Positions 21,106 through 30,723 of a stretch of DNA of 64,000 nucleotides are shown piece by piece; the first letter of the stretch is position 1, and each line of letters starts with the position of its first letter. The position numbers and the translations under genes are program-made. Under the pieces are notes generated by a model. It did not search any database. It had not been told where the DNA came from and worked only from the letters and a program-made list of their open reading frames with translations. Origin of the DNA: an uncultured delta proteobacterium (GTDB lineage Bacteria > Desulfobacterota > BSN033 > UBA1163); the NCBI GenBank assembly GCA_963765435.1, contig CAVXWK010000001.1:699294-763293 (forward strand), written 5' to 3'.

Positions 21106-21276
21106 TCACTTGTCAAGAGGACCCCTTACACCGAGCACGTTCTTTGAGGCAACATGAGTGTAGATCATGGTGGTCTGGAGTTTTTGATAGCCGAGCAGTT
21201 CTTGACTCGTCCTGAAATCATATCCATTTTCAAGCAGGTATCCCGCAAACCGCTGTTCCAATGTATGGACAGAAAC
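21106..21276 (-). pseudogene. intI: integron-integrase (IntI-like tyrosine recombinase) C-terminal remnant B
   Basis: rc translation [56 protein letters not shown]; stop immediately upstream, no start codon. Confidence 0.6.
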
Positions 21277-21347
21277 CTATTTTGTTATCCCCGTTTGCTG
21301 CACTGCAGGCCTAAATGCCCGCTTTGACAGGGGGGGAAGTATTATGG

Positions 21348-21755
21348 TTAAAGCGGCTTTTTCATGTAAAGATTGTCAAGGGGGCTTTTTGGAATACTTA
21401 CCATATCTCTTATCACATGGGTGTAGATCATTGTGGTTTCAAGATGCTTATGACCCAGTAAACTCTGGATCTCCCTGATATTCACTCCGTTCATTAAAAG
21501 ATGTGTTGCGAAACTGTGTCTGAGGGTATGCACGGATGCGTGTTTCACAATGCCTGCCTTTTTCAGGGCCTCTTTTACAGCATTCTGAATCGCCTTCTCG
21601 CTTACATGGTGGCGTCTTATCTTTCCGCTTCTTGGGTCAACCGAGCGTTTTGATGAGGGGAAAACATACTGCCAGCCCCATTCTTTTGCGGCATTTGGAT
21701 ATTTGCGTTCCAGAGCATCTGGAAGGTAGACCTCCCCATGTCCTTCTGAATAGAC
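21348..21755 (-). pseudogene. intI: integron-integrase (IntI) C-terminal remnant A (N-terminal ~200 aa missing)
   Basis: [41 protein letters not shown] (IntI-specific patch) ...[12 protein letters not shown]...TTMIYTHV...SPLD; in-frame stop at 21756-58. Confidence 0.7.
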
Positions 21756-22171
21756 CTATTGTGAAAAAAAGGGGCTGATTTTAGGCTTAGAAGAGCAGTT
21801 TTGGGGTTGAAATCCCCCTGAGCAGGAATTCTATGGATGGCCATGGATACACGCAGAGTACCTGGAATTCCCTATAGCCCTAATTTTACCGATGAAAGTG
21901 GCGATTTAAGCCCAAAAAACACCTATTCCTGGAGCATATCTGATTGAATTTCAATAAGTTAGCTTGGTCCGACCCGAGCCGCAGAGCGGGGCATAAATAT
22001 TATTAGTCAATAGAAATACTTACTGAGGTTTCCACCATAAACACCACATCGCCGGGAATTGAGACTGGCCGATAAAAGCGAGACTGATGCAGTCCTCGGG
22101 TATGCCAAAGTGTCTGTCGGGACAGGCGTTACAAAGCACGATAAATTACTACTTGACAAGTTAGTTTACTA

Positions 22172-22939
22172 TTGGTATGTACTTTACCAATGGTAAACCA
22201 ACTTTTTATGAGTGTAGTCTTAAAACAAAAACATCAATCCCCTGGCCATTACAAGGAGGAACTTACATTGCTTCAGCAGGATAAACATAAAGCGGTCTGC
22301 CGTCAGAGAAGAGAAAGGGAAAAGAATCAACGTATTCAGAGTATCATTGACGCCGCCAGAAAAGTGTTCTCTTCAAAAGGTTATCTTAAATCGACCATGG
22401 ACGAAATCGCCATGGCCGCCGAGATAACCAAACCCACCATCTATTTACACTTTAAAACCAAGGACGATCTTTTATTAAGCCTCATGCAACCTTTGATTGA
22501 CGATATTCGGAACAGGCTGAAAATCGTTGAAGCAAAACTTCTGTCCGGGAAGATCAAAGACGGCCGCGGCCTGATCACCGGTATCTTCAGCGCCTTCTAT
22601 CACGGATATGAATCCTTGCCTGAAACATTTCGCATCGTTCAATTATTTCAGCAACGGGACCTGATAAGTGAACTAAGACCGGAAATCCGTTCTGCTTTGG
22701 ATGACAGGGGCCGGATCAACTTCGCTCTGTGCCGCCGTCTGCTGACAAAGGGCATGGAGAGGGGGTTGATCAAAAAGGTTGATATCTATGCGATGGCGGA
22801 TGTGATCTGGGCGTTGATGGTTGGCGTGATTCAACTGGAAGATTTTAAAGTCGATGACCAGAAGGGTCATAGATTGAAAAAAAACACGCTGGGTCTGGCA
22901 CAACGCCTGATTGTGGAAGCGCTGACCTGCGATACATAG
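22172..22939 (+). CDS. TetR/AcrR-family transcriptional regulator
   Basis: HTH region KSTMDEIAMAAEITKPTIYLHFKTKDDLL; start uncertain. Confidence 0.8.
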   Translation: MVCTLPMVNQLFMSVVLKQKHQSPGHYKEELTLLQQDKHKAVCRQRREREKNQRIQSIIDAARKVFSSKGYLKSTMDEIAMAAEITKPTIYLHFKTKDDLLLSLMQPLIDDIRNRLKIVEAKLLSGKIKDGRGLITGIFSAFYHGYESLPETFRIVQLFQQRDLISELRPEIRSALDDRGRINFALCRRLLTKGMERGLIKKVDIYAMADVIWALMVGVIQLEDFKVDDQKGHRLKKNTLGLAQRLIVEALTCDT

Positions 22940-22987
22940 AAAATATCATTTGAACAGGAAACAGGAGAAACAGAAAGGGAGAAACGA

Positions 22988-23086
22988 GGGGACGTTGTTG
23001 AAAGTTTACACTTTAGAATTTACTGAAATTCGATATTAGGTATGTTAGGCTAAGGCTGAAAAGGTGAACGTTTTCAACAACGTCCC
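22988..23086. repeat. 99-bp imperfect palindrome (16-bp perfect arms GGGACGTTGTTGAAA / TTTCAACAACGTCCC), possible attC-like site
   Basis: arms seen directly; right arm resembles 3' part of cassette repeats (TTTTTCAACAGTCCC at 28165). Confidence 0.4.
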
Positions 23087-23139
23087 TTTTTTCCTCTTCT
23101 CTACTACGGGTAATCAACGAAATAATAGGGAGAAGATCC

Positions 23140-23562
23140 GTGCTTATGAACTATAATGACACATTAAAAGAGCGTAGCCCATTTGTTAAATTTCTTGGAT
23201 TGCAAATAATCAAATTTGATAATGGATATTGCCACTCTAATTTGGAAATAAAAGACAATTTTTTGAATATCCATAAAGCTGTACATGGCGGGGTTATATA
23301 CTCCCTGGGAGATGTTGGGATGGGTGCTGCCCTGTATTCCACACTCAAAAAAGATGAAGAAGCATCAACCATCGAAATAAAAATAAACTATTTAAAACCA
23401 GCCTATAGCAAGATACTCGTCTGCGATGCAAAAGTCATTCAAAAAGGTAAAAGCATCGCCGTATTGGAGGCGGAAATACGAGCTGATGATATTTTAGTTG
23501 CAAAGGCCCTCGGTACTTATTCAATATTCAAAGCTAAAGATGATCCAAATATGCCACTTTAA
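23140..23562 (+). CDS. PaaI-family hotdog thioesterase
   Basis: VHGGVIYSLGDVGMGAA motif; very AT-rich gene. Confidence 0.75.
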   Translation: MLMNYNDTLKERSPFVKFLGLQIIKFDNGYCHSNLEIKDNFLNIHKAVHGGVIYSLGDVGMGAALYSTLKKDEEASTIEIKINYLKPAYSKILVCDAKVIQKGKSIAVLEAEIRADDILVAKALGTYSIFKAKDDPNMPL

Positions 23563-23637
23563 TAATTAATTTGGTTGCAATTTTAAAAAAAATAAAACAA
23601 GCTCTGATTTAGACAATAAATCGTTTACGAGCACAGC

Positions 23638-23830
23638 ATGACCCGTCCTCTTCGCATAGAACACCCTGGTGTCGTGTATCATGCTACCTCTCGCGGCAAC
23701 GAAAAGAAGAAAAGAAGGCCGTCGAGAGATATGCGTGCAGGCAGAGCGAGATTGCCCGGCACCTGAGTCTGCACGTCTCTCCTGTGAGCAATATTCTCCG
23801 TGTTAGAAATTGGCACCATAACAAAAGACC
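23638..23830 (+). pseudogene. remnant of IS200-like Y1 (REP-associated-type) transposase
   Basis: MTRPLRIEHPGVVYHATSRGN N-terminus then premature stop; downstream frame has EIARHLSLHVSPVSNILRV HTH-like piece. Confidence 0.45.
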
Positions 23831-23908
23831 TGTCCCAACTATACTATTATTTTTATCTTGGGTGAGCATTTGAAATAAAAAAAACTTGGAAAAAAGAGGA
23901 GGCCAGAC

Positions 23909-24373
23909 GTGGAGATTAAGAAGATATGCGTGTTAGGTGCGGGATTAATGGGTAACGGTATTGCTCAGGTTTGTGCTCAGGCGGGCTATGAAGTCAGCCT
24001 ACGGGATATCGAAAAGATGTTCCTCGATAACGGGATGAATACGATCAAGAAAAATCTGAGCCGCGAGGTTGCAAAAGGAAAGCGAACCCAAGAAGACGCA
24101 GATGCGATTCTGGGCAGAATAAAACCAACGCTCGATCTCAAGGAAGCCGCAAAAGATGCAGACATCATTATGGAAGTCGTGATTGAAGTCATGGATATCA
24201 AGAAAAAAGTCTATCAGGAACTGAAAGGAATTGTAAAACCTGATGGCCTTATTTTTAGCAATACATCCAGCTTGAGCATCACGGCGATGGCTGCAGCAAC
24301 GGACAGACCAGATAGATTCTATTGCAAAGAGTACAAAAGACGGGCTCTTGATCTCCGGGACAAAATGCTATAA
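23909..24373 (+). pseudogene. 3-hydroxyacyl-CoA (3-hydroxybutyryl-CoA) dehydrogenase, 3'-truncated
   Basis: ICVLGAGLMGNGIAQV NAD-binding N-terminal domain; sequence departs from family after SNTSSLSIT and stops; C-terminal domain absent. Confidence 0.6.
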
Positions 24374-25127
24374 CACGAATGCACCAAAGTCTAAATATAC
24401 CGTCCTTTATGGGACCGAGGATCCAACCGCCGATGATGCAGAAAATCCAATGTCTCAAAGCCTCATTCCTTTAAAAGATCCGACGATCACTGTAGAACGG
24501 GTTTTTATCCCAACCGTTCCAAAGGTTCATATTGGTAAAGAGACTTTCAAGGAAACACTTGTTCCCAATAAAAGAATACTCTGCGATGTGGGCAAGGGGA
24601 AATTCGGCCTGTTTGAAGGGCTTGCTGTCGAAAGGATAGGTATTGCCATATCCGCCGTCTGCCAGTGCTGGAGCTCTCTGATGCACGCTACAATCTATTC
24701 GAATTTGAGAAAACAGTTTGGCCAAGAGGTAAGCAGATTCCAGGGTGTAGGCTTCTTGCTGGCTGAATATTATGCAAAGGTTTCGACTATAACATTTGCT
24801 ACCCTTGCCTTCGCCCGGGGTTATGATGAAGCCGTTAAAAAGCACAAGGGCCATCTGCCTGATATACTCACTCAACAATATGTAATGGCTGCCTCGCAGA
24901 TGAAATATCAAGCAACACATCTTTCTGAACGATGCTGCTATGAGATGTGTAATATTATGGGCGGGAACGGCCTTAATGATAATACCTTAATGGATGACCT
25001 GATGGGTTTATCGCGAATCCAGGAGATAATAGGCGGATTCAGAGAGATTCAGCTTTCATATCATGATGGGCGCCATAAAAAAGATGTGGAGATTGATATA
25101 AACTATCCTTTGCTTATCCTATTCTAA
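24348..25127 (+). pseudogene. acyl-CoA dehydrogenase C-terminal fragment (N-terminal domain missing, degenerate)
   Basis: RIGIAISAV...FGQEVSRFQGVGFLLAEYYAKV ... GGNGLNDNTLMD resembles ACAD middle/C-terminal domains only. Confidence 0.5.
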
Positions 25128-25140
25128 GGAGGTTGATTCT

Positions 25141-26607
25141 ATGGCTTTAAAAACTAAGGAAGCATATTTTGAAAGTATCAGGCAATTGAATCTGCCCGTT
25201 TATGTAATGGGAGAGAAAGTTACAAACGTGGATCATCCCATGATCTGGCCTTCCATCAATAGCGTGGGAGTTACCTACGATCTTGCCCAGGATCCGCAAT
25301 ATGATGATCTGGCAACAGCCACATCGCATATCACGGGCAAAAAGATTAACCGTTTCTGTCATATCCATCAAAGTACGGAAGACCTGAGAAAGAAAATAAA
25401 ACTCCTCCGCCTGATGGGTCAAAAGACGGCGTCCTGCTTTCAGCGTTGTGCGGGTCTTGATGTGATGAATGCCCTCAATGCGACAACCTACGAAATGGAT
25501 GCGGATCTGAAAACGGAATATCATCAGAGATTTCTGAATTTTTTAAAGATCATACAGGAAGAGGATCTGGTCTGCGATGCGGCCATGACCGATGCGAAAG
25601 GAGATCGCTCCCTGCCTCCGAGCCAGCAGGCGGATCCTGACATGTATTTACATATCGTCAAGAAAGACGCCAAGGGCATTGTCGTGCGTGGTTGCAAAGC
25701 CCATCAAACCGGCGCTACCAATTCCCATTGGATAGCGGTGGTTCCCACCACAGCAATGAAAGAGGCGGATAAGGATTATACTGTTGCCTTTGTTACACCC
25801 TCTAACACTAAGGGGATCACCTATGTTTATGGCCGTCAGTCCTGCGACACGCGGAAGATAGAGGATGGTACCATCGATGTGGGAAACCTCAATTTTGGAG
25901 GACAAGAGGCATACATAATTTTTGATGATGTTTTCGTCCCCTGGGAGAATGTTCTCATGTGCGGCGAGACTGAGTATTCGGGGCGACTTGTTGAAATATT
26001 CGCTAATTACCACCGTACCAGCTATGGAGGTTGCAAGGTCGGCGTTGCCGATGTCCTAATCGGAGCTGCATCATTGATGACAGTATACAATGGTACGGCC
26101 AAAGCCTCCCATGTCAAGGACAAGCTGACAGAAATGGTTCACCTCGCCGAAACATGCCATGCGTGTGCGCTTGCCGCTCAATCCGAAGGAAGCCGTCACA
26201 GTTCCGGAGGCTATCTCGTGAACGGGTTATTGGCCAATGTCTGTAAACTCAATATTACCAGATTCCCTGCGGAGATTTCGCGTCTAACTCAGGATCTGGC
26301 GGGAGCTGTTATTGGGACAACTCCCTCGGAAAAGGATTTTGAGATACCCGGTGATGTCGGTAAACTCATGAAGAAGTATTTGAAAGGTCTGGCGGATGTT
26401 TCCTGGGAGGACAGGGTTCGCTGCATTCGGCTGATTGAGAACATCACGATGGGAACAGGAGCCGTAGCATTCTTTACGGAGTCGATTCATGGGGCTGGTT
26501 CCCCGCAGGCACAGAAAGTGATGATTTCCCGCTATAGCAATGTGAACATGAAAGAGAAAATGGCCAAAAAGATCGCGGGAATTCCAGACGACTCGGATAG
26601 TAAATAA
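25141..26607 (+). CDS. 4-hydroxybutyryl-CoA dehydratase/vinylacetyl-CoA isomerase-family (HpaB-like) protein
   Basis: 488 aa; family-typical length and motifs (recalled AbfD/HpaB fold). Confidence 0.7.
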   Translation: MALKTKEAYFESIRQLNLPVYVMGEKVTNVDHPMIWPSINSVGVTYDLAQDPQYDDLATATSHITGKKINRFCHIHQSTEDLRKKIKLLRLMGQKTASCFQRCAGLDVMNALNATTYEMDADLKTEYHQRFLNFLKIIQEEDLVCDAAMTDAKGDRSLPPSQQADPDMYLHIVKKDAKGIVVRGCKAHQTGATNSHWIAVVPTTAMKEADKDYTVAFVTPSNTKGITYVYGRQSCDTRKIEDGTIDVGNLNFGGQEAYIIFDDVFVPWENVLMCGETEYSGRLVEIFANYHRTSYGGCKVGVADVLIGAASLMTVYNGTAKASHVKDKLTEMVHLAETCHACALAAQSEGSRHSSGGYLVNGLLANVCKLNITRFPAEISRLTQDLAGAVIGTTPSEKDFEIPGDVGKLMKKYLKGLADVSWEDRVRCIRLIENITMGTGAVAFFTESIHGAGSPQAQKVMISRYSNVNMKEKMAKKIAGIPDDSDSK

Positions 26608-26787
26608 GAGGCAATCCGATTAAAAATTTTGGCCCGCACATAAAGATCAATCCCGCGACTTGGAATCCCCCGGCTCCGGCCGGAGGAGGAAAGCGCCGTG
26701 ACCCGCGGGAGGTCGCGATGTTTTAGGGAGCCTCCGGCTCCTGCCTGAGGGGGGCTCCACTTATAAATTAAGAGGAGGATTAGATAA

Positions 26788-27978
26788 ATGTCTAATGACG
26801 TAGTTGTGGCGGAAATGGGTAGGACAGCGGTGGGAAGGATGGGAGGTGGACTTGCCAATGTGCCATCCATCGAACTGGCCACCTTTATTATCTCTTCGAT
26901 TATGAAGAGGGTCAACTTCGATCCGGCGGAGATCAACGAAGTTATCCTGGGTAATGTGGAGAACCGGAGCAACGAAGCGTGTCTGGCCCGCTGGGCAGGT
27001 CAGCTGACCGGGTTGCCCGTCTCGGTAGTCGGATACGGCATCAACAAACTGTGCGGATCCAGTCTGAAGGCTTTGCATAATGCAGCGGATTCAATATTGG
27101 TCGGACGTAATGACGTAGTTCTGGCAGGCGGCGTGGAAAACATGTCCCAATACCGCTACGCCCTGAATAAAGCCAGGTTCGGGTACCGCATGGGAGACGA
27201 CATTCTGATAGATACCCTGATGCAGGTACTGGCGGATAATCCTGATCCGCAAAAACGGCCGGCGGCGCAAACAGCAGAAAATCTGGCTAAAATGTACAAA
27301 ATTACCCGGGAGGATCAGGATATTTTTGCCTACACAAGTCAGCAGAGAGCCATATCGGCGATCAAGGAAGGTAAGTTCAGAGAAGAGATCATTCCCATTG
27401 AGGCGAAAGTCAGCAAGAAAGAAACAAAAATCATTGATACGGATGAGCACCCCCGTGCGGAAACCACAGTGGAAGGACTCGCCAAGTTGTCCCCCATTAT
27501 TCCGAGCGGGACAGTTACGGCCGGCAATGCCTGCGGCATCAATGACGGGGCATCCCTCATGATGCTCATGAGTGAGAAGAAGGCCCAGGAGCTAAAGATG
27601 AAACCGATTGCCAAGATCAGAGGGTATGCGTCGGCTGGTGTCCCAATGCACATCTTCGGCATCGGTCCAGCCCCGGCTATAAGGGCTTCATTGAAAAGAG
27701 CGAACTTGAATCTGGGTGATATGGGGCTAATTGAGATCAATGAAGCGTTTGCCGCCCAGGTTATTGCCTGTGAAAAAGAACTGGGGCTGGACCACAACAT
27801 AGTCAACGCGGATGGCGGTGCCATCGCCTTGGGCCATGCCTTGGGCAACACGGGCACAAGGATCAGCATTACCCTTCTGAAAGAAATGGTCCGCAGAAAA
27901 TGCAAATACGGCGTCAGCAGTGCCTGCATCGGATCGGGATTGGGCATCGCCGTCGTTTGGGAGAACCTGAAATTATAG
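26788..27978 (+). CDS. acetyl-CoA C-acetyltransferase (thiolase)
   Basis: thiolase active-site contexts (NKLCGSSLKA, GNACGINDGAS, C-terminal CIGSGLG). Confidence 0.9.
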   Translation: MSNDVVVAEMGRTAVGRMGGGLANVPSIELATFIISSIMKRVNFDPAEINEVILGNVENRSNEACLARWAGQLTGLPVSVVGYGINKLCGSSLKALHNAADSILVGRNDVVLAGGVENMSQYRYALNKARFGYRMGDDILIDTLMQVLADNPDPQKRPAAQTAENLAKMYKITREDQDIFAYTSQQRAISAIKEGKFREEIIPIEAKVSKKETKIIDTDEHPRAETTVEGLAKLSPIIPSGTVTAGNACGINDGASLMMLMSEKKAQELKMKPIAKIRGYASAGVPMHIFGIGPAPAIRASLKRANLNLGDMGLIEINEAFAAQVIACEKELGLDHNIVNADGGAIALGHALGNTGTRISITLLKEMVRRKCKYGVSSACIGSGLGIAVVWENLKL

Positions 27979-28031
27979 AACAGTTCGCTAAAGGGAGTGA
28001 ACGGGTATTTGCAGGAATGGATGCAATGTAG

Positions 28032-28196
28032 AACTAACAGGGTCAGGTCTCAACAATCAACAAGGCTTTTTCACAAGTTAAGACCAGGCCAATTTCCAGA
28101 CCCCAAAGCCTTCACTGACAGAAAATAATTTTCTATTTTCGAACCGGCAGAAGAAGCGATTCTGAAAAGGCGACTTTTTCAACAGTCCCTTTACAT
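28032..28196. repeat. attC-like cassette-boundary repeat, family 1, copy 1
   Basis: about 150-bp imperfect repeat shared with 28785-28965 and 29575-29718; ends near GTTAAAA. Confidence 0.55.
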
Positions 28197-28212
28197 GTTA
28201 AAATAGATCTCC

Positions 28213-28386
28213 ATGAGTCTTACTGTCTTCAGAGAAAAAGGGTATAGATTTTATTTTCTTTCAAATGAAGAGAATAGAATCCATATCCACGTCACGTGCG
28301 AGGACGGAGAAGCTAAATTTAACATTGTTGAGGAGCATAGAGATGAAATCATTAAGGCGTCGCAAAAGCATTTCGGTAAGCGTTGA
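28213..28386 (+). CDS. DUF4160-family small protein
   Basis: MSLTVFREKGYRFYFLSNEENRIHIHVTCEDGEAKF matches DUF4160 pattern. Confidence 0.7.
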   Translation: MSLTVFREKGYRFYFLSNEENRIHIHVTCEDGEAKFNIVEEHRDEIIKASQKHFGKR

Positions 28387-28654
28387 AAATATAACCCCTC
28401 TTGGCATCTGGCTTTTTGTAAAAGAAACGGAATACTTTTTGAGCTATAAAGATTATCCTTATTTTATGGATCAAAGGTTGCGTTCCATACAAAATGTTCA
28501 GTTGCTTCACGGTTATCATTTATATTGGCCAGAATTGGATATTGATTTAGAAATTGATAACCTCGTAAATCCTCAAAAATACCCTCTGAAATCAAGCGCT
28601 ACAAAAAAGCGTCCGGCAACTCATTCAATGGGACGGCGAATAGCCTCCCGTTGA
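28343..28654 (+). CDS. DUF2442-family small protein (partner of DUF4160)
   Basis: MKSLRRRKSISVSVENITPLGIWLFVKETEYFLSY...LYWPELDIDLEID; overlaps upstream gene by 44 nt. Confidence 0.7.
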   Translation: MKSLRRRKSISVSVENITPLGIWLFVKETEYFLSYKDYPYFMDQRLRSIQNVQLLHGYHLYWPELDIDLEIDNLVNPQKYPLKSSATKKRPATHSMGRRIASR

Positions 28655-28784
28655 TTCTGTCGTTATACAATGGTTTGAAGGTCTTGGCAAACGGTGGTCT
28701 TCGCTACCATGAGCTGGCCGATGTCCAGCGCTGGGCGGAGTTTGTTAGGGTGAGGGGTCAGCCCTTGACGCAGGACAAATGGAA

Positions 28785-28965
28785 GCAAACAGGGTCAGGC
28801 CTCAAAAATCAACAAAGCTTCTTCAAAAGTTGAAACCAGGTCTTGGTACCAGACCCAAACATTTTCAACGACAGAGAATCATTTCCTATTTTTGATCCGG
28901 CAGAAGAAGCACTTCTTTAAAAAGCACCAATTTCTACAAGCTTGTTGCAAGGAAAATAGGTTGTT
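28785..28965. repeat. attC-like cassette-boundary repeat, family 1, copy 2
   Basis: shared core ...CATTTCCTATTTTTGATCCGGCAGAAGAAGCAC... Confidence 0.55.
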
Positions 28966-28982
28966 TCCAAAATGCACACAAT

Positions 28983-29282
28983 GTGCTACTATATAAGCGG
29001 ATGAAGTATATAAATTGGAATACGGAAAAAAGCCTGAGACTCAAGGAACTGAGAGGAATTTGTTTTGAGGATGTAGTGTACCATATTGAAAAAGGCGACG
29101 TTCTCGATGATTATGAGCATCCGAATCAAAAGCGATATTCAGGACAGCGGATAATGGTGATCGGCATAGACAACTATGCATACCTTGTCCCCTACGTTGA
29201 GGACATAGAAGAAATATTTCTGAAGACTATTATCCCGAGCGGGAAGGCTGCTGAAATTTATTTTGGGGGAAAAGCGAAATGA
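28983..29282 (+). CDS. BrnT-like (DUF497) type II toxin
   Basis: INWNTEKSLRLKELRGICFEDVV...DDYEH...QRIMVIGI pattern; followed by BrnA-like gene with 4-nt overlap. Confidence 0.6.
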   Translation: MLLYKRMKYINWNTEKSLRLKELRGICFEDVVYHIEKGDVLDDYEHPNQKRYSGQRIMVIGIDNYAYLVPYVEDIEEIFLKTIIPSGKAAEIYFGGKAK

Positions 29283-29557
29283 AAAACAGATTGGCGGAAG
29301 AAGAACAGGCAATATTGGACAGTTTTGAAAGAGGGGAATGGGTCCCAGTAAAGGCTCTTGCAAAACGGAAAAGAGAGCTAATCCGATACGCGAGAAACAC
29401 TTTAAAGAAAGATAAGAGATTGAACATCCGGATTTCCGAAAGAGACTTGAATGAACTGCAAAAAAAGGCAGTGAGCGAGGGATTGCCCTATCAGACATTT
29501 GTTTCCAGTATCATTCATAAATATGTTAACGGCAAACTAGTAGAGGCCAAGCGCTGA
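29279..29557 (+). CDS. BrnA-like ribbon-helix-helix antitoxin
   Basis: LNIRISERDLNELQKKAVSEGLPYQTFVSSIIHKYVNGKL typical BrnA/CopG antitoxin C-terminus. Confidence 0.7.
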   Translation: MKNRLAEEEQAILDSFERGEWVPVKALAKRKRELIRYARNTLKKDKRLNIRISERDLNELQKKAVSEGLPYQTFVSSIIHKYVNGKLVEAKR

Positions 29558-29574
29558 TTAAGAAGATCAAGTCC

Positions 29575-29718
29575 CGAAGATCAAGGTTCTTCAAAAGTTG
29601 AGACCAAGTTTCGTGACCAGACCCGGGGACTTCCAATGACAGAGAATCATTTCCTATTTTTGATCCGGCAGAAGAAGCACCTTTTAAAAAAGTGACCTTT
29701 TCTACAAGCTCGTTGGAT
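29575..29718. repeat. attC-like cassette-boundary repeat, family 1, copy 3 (ends in GTTGGAT core)
   Basis: GTTGGAT at 29712-29718 fits GTTRRRY 6 bp before the SDR start codon. Confidence 0.55.
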
Positions 29719-29723
29719 GGCCC

Positions 29724-30596
29724 TTGCGTAGAAACTGGATGGTGCACACCGTGCAAACACTTAGGAATCAGGTGATTTTAGTTACAGGTGCCACCGATGG
29801 CCTGGGGAAGCGAGTTGCCCGCGACTTGGCTGCGCGAGGGGCGACAGTTCTCCTGCACGGGCGCAGCCGGGAGAAGGGAGAAGCCACCCTTCAGGAAATC
29901 CGGGAAGCCACCGGTAACCAGAAGCTCAATTACTACAACGCCGACTTCTCCTCACTCGATGCAGTCCGACAGCTCTCCGAGGAGATACAGACTGACCAGG
30001 AGCGTCTCGATGTGCTCATTAATAATGCTGGCATTGGAGCGGGGTTGCGTCAGTCCCGGCGAGAGAAAAGTGCGGACGGCTACGAGTTACGCTTCGCTGT
30101 CAACTACTTAGCCCCCTTCCTCCTGACGCAACGGCTGCTGCCTTTGCTCCGCCGGTCGGCCCCTGCCCGTATCGTCAACGTCGCTTCAGCCGGCCAGCGG
30201 CCCATTGACTTTGACAATGTGATGCTGGAGGATGGGTACGATGGTCTGAGGGCATACCGACAGACCAAACTTGCGCTAGTGATGTTCACGTTCGATCTCG
30301 CTGAGGACTTGAGGAAAACCGGCATTACGGTCAACAGTCTTCACCCTGCAACCCTCATGAGCACAAGAATGGTGCTTGAGACCGATTACTTCGGGGGCCC
30401 GATCAGCACCGTAGAGGAGGGGGCGCATGCGGTAGAATACCTTGCTACGTCGTCCGAGCTCACTGGTGTGACTGGCGAATACTTTGACGGGAAGCAGCGG
30501 ACGCGTGCTAACGCTCAGGCCTATGACAAGGAGGCACGGCGGCGGTTGCGGATATTGAGCGAGCAACTTACTATAGCGAACGACATAGAAAAGTAG
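29724..30596 (+). CDS. short-chain dehydrogenase/reductase (SDR) family oxidoreductase
   Basis: VTGATDGLGK, NNAGI, Y...K SDR motifs; GC-rich relative to neighbours. Confidence 0.8.
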   Translation: MRRNWMVHTVQTLRNQVILVTGATDGLGKRVARDLAARGATVLLHGRSREKGEATLQEIREATGNQKLNYYNADFSSLDAVRQLSEEIQTDQERLDVLINNAGIGAGLRQSRREKSADGYELRFAVNYLAPFLLTQRLLPLLRRSAPARIVNVASAGQRPIDFDNVMLEDGYDGLRAYRQTKLALVMFTFDLAEDLRKTGITVNSLHPATLMSTRMVLETDYFGGPISTVEEGAHAVEYLATSSELTGVTGEYFDGKQRTRANAQAYDKEARRRLRILSEQLTIANDIEK

Positions 30597-30600
30597 TCAT

Positions 30601-30665
30601 TGCGAGGAGCGAAGCGACGTGGCAATCCCGCGAGATTGCTTCACTTCGTTCGCAATGACATGTTG
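30601..30665. repeat. imperfect palindrome (attC-like) downstream of the SDR cassette
   Basis: GTCATTGCGA...TCGCAATGAC outer arms with inner GCAATC-CCGCG-AGATTGC palindrome. Confidence 0.4.
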
Positions 30666-30723
30666 AGGATGTCAACTTATTTTTGTCGTTCGTTATAAGC
30701 TCAGGGAAAAGTGGAAGGAATAT

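Noticed and set aside
21756-22171. attI site and Pc promoter next to the intI remnant
   Set aside because: The integrase lacks its 5' half, and I could not recognise the attI direct-repeat pattern or a convincing promoter by eye. Left unannotated.
28651-28833. 60-aa ORF after the DUF2442 gene
   Set aside because: It runs into the family-1 attC-like repeat and has no family resemblance. Likely read-through of repeat sequence.
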